Source: Candidatus Peregrinibacteria bacterium (GTDB lineage Bacteria > Patescibacteriota > Gracilibacteria > UM-FILTER-43-11). From it: a stretch of DNA of 33,713 nucleotides. A program made the position numbers and the translations under genes. Below are positions 1-9,662 of this stretch, piece by piece. Where the stretch lies: positions 1-33,713 of the forward strand of contig JAUXDO010000002.1 in assembly GCA_030618315.1 (NCBI GenBank), given 5' to 3'. The notes beneath the pieces are model-generated. The model saw nothing but the letters and a program-made list of their open reading frames with translations. It made no database searches and was not told the origin of the DNA. The first letter of the stretch is position 1; each line of letters starts with the position of its first letter.

Positions 1-52
1 TTGCTAGTATAATTGAGACTTTCAGGGAGGGGCGTAGTTTCCTGAGAGTCAT
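1..52 (-). CDS. 5' end of a gene running off the left edge; probable signal peptide (MTLRKLRPSLKVSIILA...)
   Basis: ATG at 52..50 on minus, open to the window edge; basic then hydrophobic N-terminus; sigma70-like promoter just upstream. Confidence 0.55.
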   Translation of the reverse strand, partial: MTLRKLRPSLKVSIILA

Positions 53-80
53 GAATGGTTGTTTAGTTAGTGGTGAGTAT

Positions 81-107
81 ATTATATAATGATTTGGGGA
101 ATGTCAA
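81..107 (-). promoter_or_regulatory. sigma70-like promoter for the leftward gene
   Basis: Minus strand TTGACA-15 nt-TATAAT (or 17 nt-TAATAT). Confidence 0.55.
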
Positions 108-169
108 GGGGTAGTTTTAATCTTCTTATATTTTTTCCCGCTACTAAATAATGAATGAAAAAACAAAAA

Positions 170-295
170 TAGGGAAACACTTGAATCACATTAAATTTTC
201 TGCGCTAAAGCTCCGCAGATTTAACATGATTCATCCTGCGTTTCAGTCGTCCCACTAAGCAGGACTCCTTACACTTCGGAACATGTTTCTCGCTA
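170..295. repeat. Structured palindromic intergenic element (REP/MITE-like)
   Basis: Nested stems tgaatca/tgattca (182-188/227-233), ttaaat/atttaa, tctgcg/cgcaga; imperfect outer arms tagggaaaca/tgtttctcgcta. Confidence 0.45.
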
Positions 296-338
296 CTAAC
301 TAAATATGCTAAAATGTGCAGTACCTATTTAGTGTTAC

Positions 339-3300
339 ATGCTTAAAAACTTAACAAAAATTTGTTCCTCCAGGAAAATTCAAAAATTCTTTTTTGTTCT
401 CCTTTTTCTTGTGCTGATTTTTAGCATATATATCACAATTCCATATCCTTATATTCTTGGAGCTGATGCGCCACAACATTTAAACAAAGTAAGCATAAAT
501 GCGCCAATCACTATGCATTTTAGCCAAAGCATGAATAAGCAAAGTGTTGAAGATAAATTTCAAATACACCCGCAAATAAATGGTGATTTTGTTTGGCCTA
601 ATAAAAAAACACTTGAGTTTTATCCAAGTGAAACATTCAAAATTGGAGATAGGTATAAAATAACTATAAGTTCTCAGGCAAAAAATATTTATAGAAAGTC
701 GCTTGGGTCGAATATTGCGATGCATTTTTTTATTACGGGACCTCCTTATGTAAAATTTGTTTCACCAAATTTTCCAATAGAGAGGCAATTGATAAGCTAT
801 GGAGGTTCTATGGAGAGGCAATCAACAGCCCCTCAAGAGCCTATCAAAAGCCCTTCAATAGAATCCGTTCCTATTATTTCATCGGATCAAGTAATTACCG
901 TTATGTTTGATAGACCGATGGGCTGGTCGGATAATACAAAAATTGATTTACTTCGGATTAATCCTCATGTTGAAGGTGAATATCGATTTCTGGGTATGAG
1001 TGCATTTCAATTTATTCCTGAATCCTGGCCTACCGGCACACGTTTTAAATTAACTGTTCCATCTAATATTCAGGCTCGTGATGGTGGTGAAACTGAAGAT
1101 GAATTTAGTTGGTATATTGAGACATCACCACTTCGCATTGTTAAAACTACTCCTGAAATTGGTGAAGAAAATGTTGGGACTAATACTCCTTTGACAATAG
1201 TTTTTAATCAGCCAATTGATTTAAATCAAATTCAGCCGGGTAATAACTCTTTGATATATCCATCAAACGACGTTGATGCGGATGTTAATCCAAAATCTGA
1301 CGGCTTCTTTAATACGGAAATAATTTACGGAAAAAACTCTCAGGGGATTACTGATAAAGCCATATTGGTTTTTGAGCCTACTTTTTCGTATTTATATGAC
1401 ACTGAATATAAATTTGTTATGAAAGCTGGGCTTTCAGGTAATTCTACGGATGCGATAGATGGCGTCGGGTCGTTAGGAATGAAGCAGGATTATGAATTGA
1501 CTTTTAAAACTACACAGGCTCCTGGTGTAATTGATTTTACAGGTCCATCTGATAAAAATCCGAATATTTTTATCTCATTCTCAACAGATATGACTGTAAA
1601 AGAGATTATGGAACACTTGATGATCAGCCCCGAGCCCCTTTCGCCGATAACGATAATAATGAGTGAAAATAACAGAGAGGCTGAAATTCATTGTAAATTT
1701 GCAGTTAATACAGATTATGAACTTGAGCTGAATGCACCACTAAAAGATATTGCTGGAAATGAAATAAAAAATAGTTTTAAAAAAGCATTCAGGGTGAAAG
1801 ATCCATATCAAAAATTGCAATGGGACACGGGTGATAATCTGGATTTATTTGCAAGAGAAGTTAATCCGGAATTTATTATAAAAAGTAAGAATATTAATGA
1901 GCTTAATTTGGAATTATGTAAGGTATCAGAGCGAAATTTTATGACAACCAATGAGAATCAGAATTGGGAGAACTATAGTTGTTATTCAAACCCAATTTCA
2001 TATAAAATCCATCCGGATAGTGGCTCTGCATTGCTAAATTTGTCCTCTATATTTAATAGAGAATTTCAACCTGGTATATATTATTTTTCAGCAAAAAGTA
2101 GTAATTCTTCCAAAGTCGGAGACAGCAAAAAAATATATAAAATATTTCTGGTTTCTGATACAGCTCTGATTCTTAAAAAATCTCAAAATAGCTTACTTTT
2201 ATGGGCAACAGATATTGTTACAGGTGAACCTGCCGCGCGTATGGAGCTAACTTTTTATAGTTATGATGGAAAAGAAATCGGCAGAGGCGTTACAGATGGA
2301 GATGGTATCTATAAGATTATTCGTGATTATGAAGAAGGAGTATATATTGTTGGAGAACAAAATATTGGTGAGAAAAAAAGATGGACGATGATTTATGATT
2401 TTTGGCTTACCTCTGAGCAAAATATTTCAAGTTCAATAAATTCTGAGTGGATAAAGAATGGTGAACTGCGTGCATATTTAATGTATAACAAAAATGTATT
2501 AACTGCCGGTGACAAGATGGATATTAAGGGCATACTCCGGGTAGATAATGATGCGCAATTTTCTATTCCCGAAGAAAAGAAAGTAATAATTGCAATTGAA
2601 GATAGTCAGCAAAATTTACTGATTGATGAAACTATTGCAATTAGAAGAAATGGATCATTTGACACCTCTATTACAATCCCACCCGATGCCTTTTCTGGTA
2701 ACTACCGCATCGTTGTATATAGCGCTTCTGGTGATAAACTGCAGACGAATGAGTCGGTCATTACTATTAATAGAGAGGATTCCCCCTTTCTTATGAACTG
2801 GATTAATCCCAAAAATGATTATTTTGCGCATGAGACTGTATCTGTAACGCTAAAAGCTAATTATTTTGTTGGAATCCCTGCCTCCAGCCTAAGGGGCTCA
2901 TGGGATCTTTATAGAAAACCGTACTACTTCAATAATTATAAAAACAACTCATTCTATTCTTTTGGTAATAAGGAAAATATTCTCTGTTCCAATGGCGGTT
3001 GCCCTAATGATGAAGAATTTGTTGCCAGTGGTGAATTTAGTTTTGATCCTAATGGCATAGCTCAAATTGTACTGGCAGATAATGAAAGAAGTTATCTTAA
3101 ATCAGAAAATGAATACTATTTAGTAGCAACCGCAAGCAGTGTCAACGGTAGTAAGGTATCAAAATCTCTTAGATTTATTGTCCATAATGGAAAACAATAT
3201 GTAGGGCTTAGCTCCAAGCATTATTTACTTAAACAGAATGAAAGTGCGGAAATTTCGATTGTTGTTTCTGATACCAAAGGAAATTTAATTGAAGATAAAA

Positions 3301-6300
3301 AAGTAAATCTGTCTTTAATTCAAATGTCTGATGGAAATGAGGGGAAGTCGCGTTACAGTGACAATATTATCGTTACCTCAGAACCTGTTAATCTTTCGAT
3401 TCCAATAACAAACAAAATACCCGAGGGAATATATAAGCTTAAAGCAAAAAGTCAGGATGATTTTGGAAATTATACAATTTCAGAACTCGAACTATATGTA
3501 ATAAATGGAAATGGCAATGCAATTTTTAATGATTTGAAAATTTTAATGGACCAGCCTGAATACTATGTTGGAGGCAAAACCCGTATGCTTATTAACTACC
3601 CTGATGCTTCATCGGAAAAACCCACAACAGCACTTGTAACTTATGAACGAGTAGGTGTTCTTGGCTATAGAATAGTTGAATTAACTTCGCCTCTAACCGA
3701 AGTTGATATTCCAATTATTAAAGAAATGATTCCGAATATGCATATTTCAGTTACTCTGATTGAGCAAAATTCTGATAAGCTGGATGATCTACTTCAAGCT
3801 CAGGAAAAACGTCGTTTAGAAATTAAAAGCAGACAAACTGAGGTTGAAATCATATTGCTGGAGGAAGAACTTGCCTTGCTGCAGGCAGATGAAAATTCGA
3901 ATGAAGACGATGTAGAACTTTTACTTCAGAAAATTGAATTATTTAACGAATCAACTATTGAAATATCAGACGATGAAAATGACGGTGATATTAAATTCAT
4001 GCCAACGATAAAAAGAGATGATATCAATGTGATTATCAGTAATCCTGATCAGATAATAAATATAGATATTTTGCCGGAACCGTCTAATCCCCGCCCTGGT
4101 GAAGAAGTAACTATAAAACTTCACACATATGATTATCAAAATCGCCAAATTCCGTCAGTAGTTTCATTGAATATTTCTGAAAAACAAATGGGATCTGACA
4201 GCAATACAAATCTTACACTTTTTGATTATTTTTTGAAACTACGGGATTCTCAGGTGTTTATGTCTTCCAATATTTCGCTATTAGATGATCAACTCTCAAG
4301 ACAACAATCCGTTTTGCCTTCTTATTCCCTGAATCAGATGAGTGAAATCAGTAATTCCTCATATTTCAATCCATTGATTCTTACTGACGATAGCGGTTAT
4401 GGAGAAATTACTTTTACGCTTCCGGATAAGCATATGGCTTGGCAAATAAATGCGTTAGCCACAAGTAAAGAAAATAATTTTGGCAACTCAAGCATGAATT
4501 TATTTGCCAAGAAGAGATTAGTTATTACTCCAATATTACCAGCATTTGTTATTCCTGGTGATCAAATAACGATTACTGCCAAAGTTCAGAATTTATCTGA
4601 CTCGGATATAAAAACGGCCATTGAATTACTTGCCGGTGAAATTGATGTAAAAGGAGGAACAAAGAAAAACCTAACAATAAAGTCGGGGGAGACGATTAAT
4701 ATTGATTGGGACGTAATTATTGGATTTTTTAATGAAGAAACTAATTTCAAAATAGCTTTTCGCTCACGAGAAGATTATGTTGAAACTAATTTACCTATAA
4801 AAAAACTAAAAACTTACGTAATTTTTGGAAATAGCGGAATAATTTCTGCTAAAGGCGGATCCACCTCTGGCGAAGAAGATGAACGAGTGGAAAGCATCAG
4901 AATTCCTCAAAATGCTGTTTCTGACGTTGGGGATTTAAGCTTATCACTAAGCGCATCACCTATCAGTATTGCAAAAAATTATGCAAAATCTCTTGGGGAT
5001 TATTCTTTTAATTCAACTGAAAAAATAGCTAGTCGCCTTATTTCTGACATTATTTTTCTACGTCCTGAAAAAAGTGACATGACAACCAAAACACTTAGTG
5101 ATGAAATTCAATCTACAGTTCTTGAGTTACAAAATCTTCAAAGACAAGACGGTGGGTATGCATTTTTTAAAGGAGCTGATGAAAGCAATCCTTGGCTTAC
5201 TGCCTATGTTACTTATGCATTAGGTTTAGCTGATGGACTGTTCGATGTTTCAGCAAATTCAAAAGAGGCCGGAATTAAATACTTGTGGGGAAAATTAAAT
5301 AATGAATCTTTATCAGACCAATTTTTTATTCTGTGGGCATTAAGTGAGCTTGAGGAATATGACACAGTTACTACATTGGATTTATATAAAAAACGTAATG
5401 TGAGTTCGCTTTCCGGAAAAGCATTTTTACTTATGAATATTCAAAATCTGGTTGAAGCTGGTCAAAAAAGTGCCCAACCTTTTCTCGAAAAGCTAAAATC
5501 AGAAATTGTTGAAGAAAAAATTACCGATGATAACTGGATTTATTTTGAAGAGGAAAAAGGAGAAAATTTGGATACCGATATTCGTAGTACTGCAATTGTT
5601 CTGATGTCACTAGCCAAATTAAGTGATGAAAATCCAATATTAATGCCGATTATTGAATATTTAGCTTCAAATACAACTACGCTTATTAACAATTTTAACT
5701 CGCAGGAAGTCATATGGTTACTTCTTGCATTGACTGAGATGACAAACCAACATGAATTAAATGTTAATTTCACTACAAAAGCAAAAGTGAATAATAAAAC
5801 TGTAATTGATGAATCTATTCAGACGGAAAATATTCAGGATATTTATTCCGCGATTTTGCCGATTTCTGAACTTAAAGGAACTGACCAAGTGAATGAGCTA
5901 AGAATCAGCAAAGAAGGTAGTGGTGATCTTTTCTTCAGCACATCACTTTCTTATTCATTACAGAATGATAAAATACTGCCGATTGAAGAAAATGCGGTTA
6001 TTACTAGGAATTACTACACACTTGAAGATTTTAATGAAGAAACGCCTCTTTCTGAACTGATGTCTGGCATATTATACAAAGGGGTCTTGACTCTGGTAAT
6101 ACCAGAAGATACTACCTATATTGCAATTGAAAATCCACTACCAGCCGGCCTTAAAGCACTTTCCTTTAATCCAGCTGTCAGCAATATTTCAATGCGATAC
6201 GAAAGGGATGAGTCCGCACGGGCGAACGGTCTTACATGGATAGATAATCCATTGTGGCTATTTGATTATTATTCGATTGAAGATGACAGAATGTTTCTTT

Positions 6301-6455
6301 ATTCGGAAAATCTGCCTGTAGGAATATATAAAATTGACTACTTAGTACAGGCTGGTATGCATGGTAAATACAATCACCTACCTGCGACAGTTAAACAGAT
6401 GTTTAATTCAGATATGTATAGCAGAACTGGTGGTGGATGGATGAGGATAAAATAA
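339..6455 (+). CDS. Membrane-anchored alpha-2-macroglobulin family protein with N-terminal Ig-like (Big_5/SbsA-like) repeats
   Basis: 2038 aa; N-terminal TM helix; repeated 'PITMHFSQSMN/LTIVFNQPID' Ig domains; MG/A2M motifs (GVTDGDG, FTLPDK..W.I.A, LPAFVIPGD, LQRQDGGYAFF..SNPWLTAYV, ENPLPAGL, YLVQA..GKY..LPA). Confidence 0.9.
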   Translation: MLKNLTKICSSRKIQKFFFVLLFLVLIFSIYITIPYPYILGADAPQHLNKVSINAPITMHFSQSMNKQSVEDKFQIHPQINGDFVWPNKKTLEFYPSETFKIGDRYKITISSQAKNIYRKSLGSNIAMHFFITGPPYVKFVSPNFPIERQLISYGGSMERQSTAPQEPIKSPSIESVPIISSDQVITVMFDRPMGWSDNTKIDLLRINPHVEGEYRFLGMSAFQFIPESWPTGTRFKLTVPSNIQARDGGETEDEFSWYIETSPLRIVKTTPEIGEENVGTNTPLTIVFNQPIDLNQIQPGNNSLIYPSNDVDADVNPKSDGFFNTEIIYGKNSQGITDKAILVFEPTFSYLYDTEYKFVMKAGLSGNSTDAIDGVGSLGMKQDYELTFKTTQAPGVIDFTGPSDKNPNIFISFSTDMTVKEIMEHLMISPEPLSPITIIMSENNREAEIHCKFAVNTDYELELNAPLKDIAGNEIKNSFKKAFRVKDPYQKLQWDTGDNLDLFAREVNPEFIIKSKNINELNLELCKVSERNFMTTNENQNWENYSCYSNPISYKIHPDSGSALLNLSSIFNREFQPGIYYFSAKSSNSSKVGDSKKIYKIFLVSDTALILKKSQNSLLLWATDIVTGEPAARMELTFYSYDGKEIGRGVTDGDGIYKIIRDYEEGVYIVGEQNIGEKKRWTMIYDFWLTSEQNISSSINSEWIKNGELRAYLMYNKNVLTAGDKMDIKGILRVDNDAQFSIPEEKKVIIAIEDSQQNLLIDETIAIRRNGSFDTSITIPPDAFSGNYRIVVYSASGDKLQTNESVITINREDSPFLMNWINPKNDYFAHETVSVTLKANYFVGIPASSLRGSWDLYRKPYYFNNYKNNSFYSFGNKENILCSNGGCPNDEEFVASGEFSFDPNGIAQIVLADNERSYLKSENEYYLVATASSVNGSKVSKSLRFIVHNGKQYVGLSSKHYLLKQNESAEISIVVSDTKGNLIEDKKVNLSLIQMSDGNEGKSRYSDNIIVTSEPVNLSIPITNKIPEGIYKLKAKSQDDFGNYTISELELYVINGNGNAIFNDLKILMDQPEYYVGGKTRMLINYPDASSEKPTTALVTYERVGVLGYRIVELTSPLTEVDIPIIKEMIPNMHISVTLIEQNSDKLDDLLQAQEKRRLEIKSRQTEVEIILLEEELALLQADENSNEDDVELLLQKIELFNESTIEISDDENDGDIKFMPTIKRDDINVIISNPDQIINIDILPEPSNPRPGEEVTIKLHTYDYQNRQIPSVVSLNISEKQMGSDSNTNLTLFDYFLKLRDSQVFMSSNISLLDDQLSRQQSVLPSYSLNQMSEISNSSYFNPLILTDDSGYGEITFTLPDKHMAWQINALATSKENNFGNSSMNLFAKKRLVITPILPAFVIPGDQITITAKVQNLSDSDIKTAIELLAGEIDVKGGTKKNLTIKSGETINIDWDVIIGFFNEETNFKIAFRSREDYVETNLPIKKLKTYVIFGNSGIISAKGGSTSGEEDERVESIRIPQNAVSDVGDLSLSLSASPISIAKNYAKSLGDYSFNSTEKIASRLISDIIFLRPEKSDMTTKTLSDEIQSTVLELQNLQRQDGGYAFFKGADESNPWLTAYVTYALGLADGLFDVSANSKEAGIKYLWGKLNNESLSDQFFILWALSELEEYDTVTTLDLYKKRNVSSLSGKAFLLMNIQNLVEAGQKSAQPFLEKLKSEIVEEKITDDNWIYFEEEKGENLDTDIRSTAIVLMSLAKLSDENPILMPIIEYLASNTTTLINNFNSQEVIWLLLALTEMTNQHELNVNFTTKAKVNNKTVIDESIQTENIQDIYSAILPISELKGTDQVNELRISKEGSGDLFFSTSLSYSLQNDKILPIEENAVITRNYYTLEDFNEETPLSELMSGILYKGVLTLVIPEDTTYIAIENPLPAGLKALSFNPAVSNISMRYERDESARANGLTWIDNPLWLFDYYSIEDDRMFLYSENLPVGIYKIDYLVQAGMHGKYNHLPATVKQMFNSDMYSRTGGGWMRIK
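4845..4874 (+). repeat. In-frame GC-rich palindromic element encoding SAKGGSTSGE
   Basis: tctgctaaaggcggatccacctctggcgaa; 20 nt (4853-4872) identical to the reverse complement of 12841-12860. Confidence 0.75.
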
Positions 6456-6471
6456 TTGTCGTTGGTCGTTT

Positions 6472-6614
6472 GATTAACCGTTTGCAGTTTATGCGAAGTT
6501 GACCAGTGGTAAAATATCACGAAATGCACCGCTGGGCAATTTGGGCGAGCGAGCTTTGCGACCGCTCGTCCAAAATAGGGCAAAGCTTGTGAGCCGTACA
6601 AACTGCTGTTGTGT
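6472..6614 (-). mobile_element. Solitary integron attC-like site downstream of the radical SAM gene
   Basis: Minus strand acacAAC-agcagtttgtacg...cgcataaactgc-aaacg-GTTaatc, starting ~10 nt after the stop; internal stems ccagtggt/accgctgg and tttgggcgagcg/cgctcgtccaaa; 143 bp. Confidence 0.6.
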
Positions 6615-6624
6615 GTCTTTCTTA

Positions 6625-7662
6625 TTAGTCTAGATATGGTTTAGGGCATATCTCGTATCCACTACAGTAGTCACCCTTGCTTTCTGCTGTGATCCTGCAA
6701 CCGCCTAAACACTCATTCCATGTGTCACAAGTATTGCAAGGTTCACCGACTAGAGCTTGAGTTAAATTATTGCGTGCCAATATAATCTCCGAATTGCGCG
6801 CTTTTTTAATAGCATTCGGTTCATTTATGTTTGCCAGAGAAATCTGATCGCTTGCTGAGCAGGCTTTTATGTCACCATTGAGTGCAAAGTAGAGTTGATT
6901 TCTATAATATGCGCAACCATAAAATATGTGTGGCATTGCAATCCCTGCCTCGCTTATACCTATATCATGTTGAACCTCTTGGAGTTCTTTTATTAAGTCA
7001 GCAATTTGTTGGGTTGATGGGGATATTTTCCAATAGTCGTCATCAATTTCACCTCCACAACTCATCAATTCAAAATCAGCTCCAACATTATTTTTCAGAC
7101 ACCATCTGTAAAAATCAGGCGTAAACTGAATGTTATCCTTTCTTACTAAATTATTTAACCTAAATAATGATTCATCATAACCTGCTTCTTTAAGGTGTTT
7201 GATACCATCAATCATTCTTTTTGCCATTCCTTCTGATTTTCCTATCATCCTGGCCTGTGTTTGAATCTGACTAGCATCTCCGTCAGGATTGATGTCTAAT
7301 TTTCCGGTTATTTTTACACTATTTTGCATCAAAATTTCTGCTAATTCCGGATTAAGCGCAATCATATTTGTGTAAATTTGAATATCAATTCCTCTTTCTT
7401 TTACAATTTCGATAAACTCTTTCAAATCTTTCCACAATAGTGGTTCACCACCGACGAGTTGCACTTCCGCGATTTCTCTCCCTTTATATTCTTTGCTCAA
7501 ATCAACAATCCTTTGGGCTTGATCTAATGTTAATTGGGAACTTTTGTCATTTATTAAATTGTCTTCATGCATATAGCAGCCAGGACAATTGCATTGGCAT
7601 GCATGAGTGGTCTCCATGATAGCAATATCATAGTCCGAATAATTTTCTGACTTGAATGACAT
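6625..7662 (-). CDS. Radical SAM protein with C-terminal SPASM domain
   Basis: CxxxCxxC (CQCNCPGC), GGEPLL, YTN; SPASM cysteines GC...GDIKAC...CxxC...CLGGC...C. Confidence 0.92.
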   Translation of the reverse strand: MSFKSENYSDYDIAIMETTHACQCNCPGCYMHEDNLINDKSSQLTLDQAQRIVDLSKEYKGREIAEVQLVGGEPLLWKDLKEFIEIVKERGIDIQIYTNMIALNPELAEILMQNSVKITGKLDINPDGDASQIQTQARMIGKSEGMAKRMIDGIKHLKEAGYDESLFRLNNLVRKDNIQFTPDFYRWCLKNNVGADFELMSCGGEIDDDYWKISPSTQQIADLIKELQEVQHDIGISEAGIAMPHIFYGCAYYRNQLYFALNGDIKACSASDQISLANINEPNAIKKARNSEIILARNNLTQALVGEPCNTCDTWNECLGGCRITAESKGDYCSGYEICPKPYLD

Positions 7663-7792
7663 AAAATATTAGTACCTAAAAGCAAGGGTGTTATCTTACC
7701 TCAAATATTAAAATATGTCACATATCTAATAACTAACTACGTTTAATGCATATGAGCATATTGGTTTGTTAATTTTTTAGCAGTGGAAATAC

Positions 7793-7821
7793 TTGCTTTT
7801 TTGTTTTATTTATGTTATAAT
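7793..7821 (+). promoter_or_regulatory. sigma70 promoter (extended -10) for the PP2C gene
   Basis: TTGCTT-17 nt-TATAAT with TG upstream of -10. Confidence 0.6.
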
Positions 7822-7850
7822 AAACTACTAAAAAGAAAATATAAAATAAT

Positions 7851-9182
7851 ATGAACAATATAAATAATGCACAAAATTTAGAAGCAAGCATACCAATTGA
7901 AGTAGATATATCTGATTACGCAAGATCTAAATATCCTGATGGTTCTACCGTGCTTCTTCCGCATAAAGGCAAAGAAATCGAAGCGAAGATAATGCATTTT
8001 AATGAGGAATCCGGAAAATTTAGAGTAATTTGGGAAAAAAATGGGGCTATTAATTCAAAAAATATCAGTCTTGAGGAATTAGATAACTATAACGAAACAG
8101 ATCTTTCGCCAGAAAAACAAAGAGCTGAAGTTTTAAGTATTATTAACAGTCCTTCGGGCTATAAATCCGAATTAACAGAAGATGCTTATACAAGTGTGGC
8201 AGATTTTGCTGAACAAATTGGAGAATCTGGTAACTCTAAATTGCTTGATGGTGAAAACGCAAAAAGTTTGGCTGATGGAATGAGGTCATTTGGATTTGCG
8301 GATTTAGCTCGTATTACGGCATCTACCGATATAGGTGTAGGAAAAACAGAAAATCAAGACCGCGTTATGATAAATAGTAAATTCGGTGTGACAGCTGTAA
8401 TCGATGGCATTGGTGGTGAAGAGGATGGTGGTATTTTTGCACAAATATTCTCAGAAGAACTGGGAACATCACCTCTTGCACCAATACAAGCAGCATATAA
8501 TGCTTTAGAAAAAGCAAAAAAATTAGGATTGAATAAAATGGCAGCAGCCTGCTTCATGTCCGCAAGACTTCACCGTGAAGATAATGGAAAATTGTATTTT
8601 ACCGACATTGTTCAGGCCGGAGATGTAAAAATGATTATTCTGGATGACAATGGAGATGTTTACTGGAGCTCAAGGGATCAGTCACTTGTGGATTTGATAG
8701 CCAATGGTGATGTGACCTATAAGCAATTAGCTACGCAAGTACCTAAAAATAATCCTGTAATGAGAGTTATGAAAGAGAGATCAAAAAAAGGACAAGTGCT
8801 TTTATCAAAAGACGAAGCAATTTATTCCACCCTTAGAAGTAGGGTTGTTAATTATGTTGGAGGTGAAATTGAAGTTGATTTAAAAGATTACCGAGATGTT
8901 CCTGTAAAAAAAGGATACAGGATGATAATGACAAGCGACGGTGTTTCAGATAATTTTACTAATGAAGAAATCGCTGATTTAGTGCGCGGAAAAAGTGCTG
9001 AAGAAGGAATGATAGCCCTTTCAGAATCCACAACTAATAGGATGCTTAATGGAAAAAAGATAATCGAAGAAACCAATAGATTAGGTGGCAGAGCTAAGCT
9101 TGGAAAATTTAGCGATGGATTTAAAACTTTGCCAAAAGCTAATGGTGATAATCGCGGAGTAGTTATTGAAGATGTTTTATAG
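7851..9182 (+). CDS. PP2C/PPM-family protein Ser/Thr phosphatase with an N-terminal extension
   Basis: TDIG...ENQD, AVIDGIGG, QAGD, SRDQS, MTSDGVSD, GDNRGVVI metal-binding motifs. Confidence 0.85.
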   Translation: MNNINNAQNLEASIPIEVDISDYARSKYPDGSTVLLPHKGKEIEAKIMHFNEESGKFRVIWEKNGAINSKNISLEELDNYNETDLSPEKQRAEVLSIINSPSGYKSELTEDAYTSVADFAEQIGESGNSKLLDGENAKSLADGMRSFGFADLARITASTDIGVGKTENQDRVMINSKFGVTAVIDGIGGEEDGGIFAQIFSEELGTSPLAPIQAAYNALEKAKKLGLNKMAAACFMSARLHREDNGKLYFTDIVQAGDVKMIILDDNGDVYWSSRDQSLVDLIANGDVTYKQLATQVPKNNPVMRVMKERSKKGQVLLSKDEAIYSTLRSRVVNYVGGEIEVDLKDYRDVPVKKGYRMIMTSDGVSDNFTNEEIADLVRGKSAEEGMIALSESTTNRMLNGKKIIEETNRLGGRAKLGKFSDGFKTLPKANGDNRGVVIEDVL

Positions 9183-9235
9183 CTTTCAAATATAGCCTTA
9201 ATTTGGATTTTGTATAATTTAATGTGCTTTTTTAT

Positions 9236-9263
9236 TTGACATATCTAAAATTTTCAGTATAAT
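9236..9263 (+). promoter_or_regulatory. sigma70 promoter
   Basis: TTGACA-16 nt-TATAAT, 24 nt upstream of ATG 9288. Confidence 0.7.
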
Positions 9264-9287
9264 GACATCCTATTTATAGAATATTTT

Positions 9288-9662
9288 ATGGATGACACCC
9301 CTAATGACACAATAATTGACGAAGAAGATGAGGAAGATAGCTTTTTTGACATTAGTAAAATAGAACTTTCAAATGATGTTAAAATATCTGATCAACAAGT
9401 TTTTGCTATGAGTAAGCTGATTGAGGAAGGGCGAAAAATAACATTCGAGGGCGATGGCGATGCTATGAAAAATGTCAAATTTCATAAAAATAGGTCTCAT
9501 TTATCTAGGTCAGCTGATAGTGTGCATCTTGCATTCTCTCAAATAATAGGAGAAAGCAGAATGCGTAGCACAGTATTTCTTACACAATCTGATGCTAATG
9601 ATTTTGGCATTGATTTGAAAAAGATACAAGAGATGCGAAAGGATATACCTGAAAATTATTAA
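9288..9662 (+). CDS. Hypothetical acidic protein
   Basis: 124-aa ORF with its own promoter; no recognisable motif. Confidence 0.7.
   Translation: MDDTPNDTIIDEEDEEDSFFDISKIELSNDVKISDQQVFAMSKLIEEGRKITFEGDGDAMKNVKFHKNRSHLSRSADSVHLAFSQIIGESRMRSTVFLTQSDANDFGIDLKKIQEMRKDIPENY

Noticed and set aside
6374..6601. 75-aa ORF as a possible precursor peptide for the radical SAM enzyme
   Set aside because: TTG start inside the attC-like palindrome and antisense overlap with the A2M 3' end; better explained by the DNA structure
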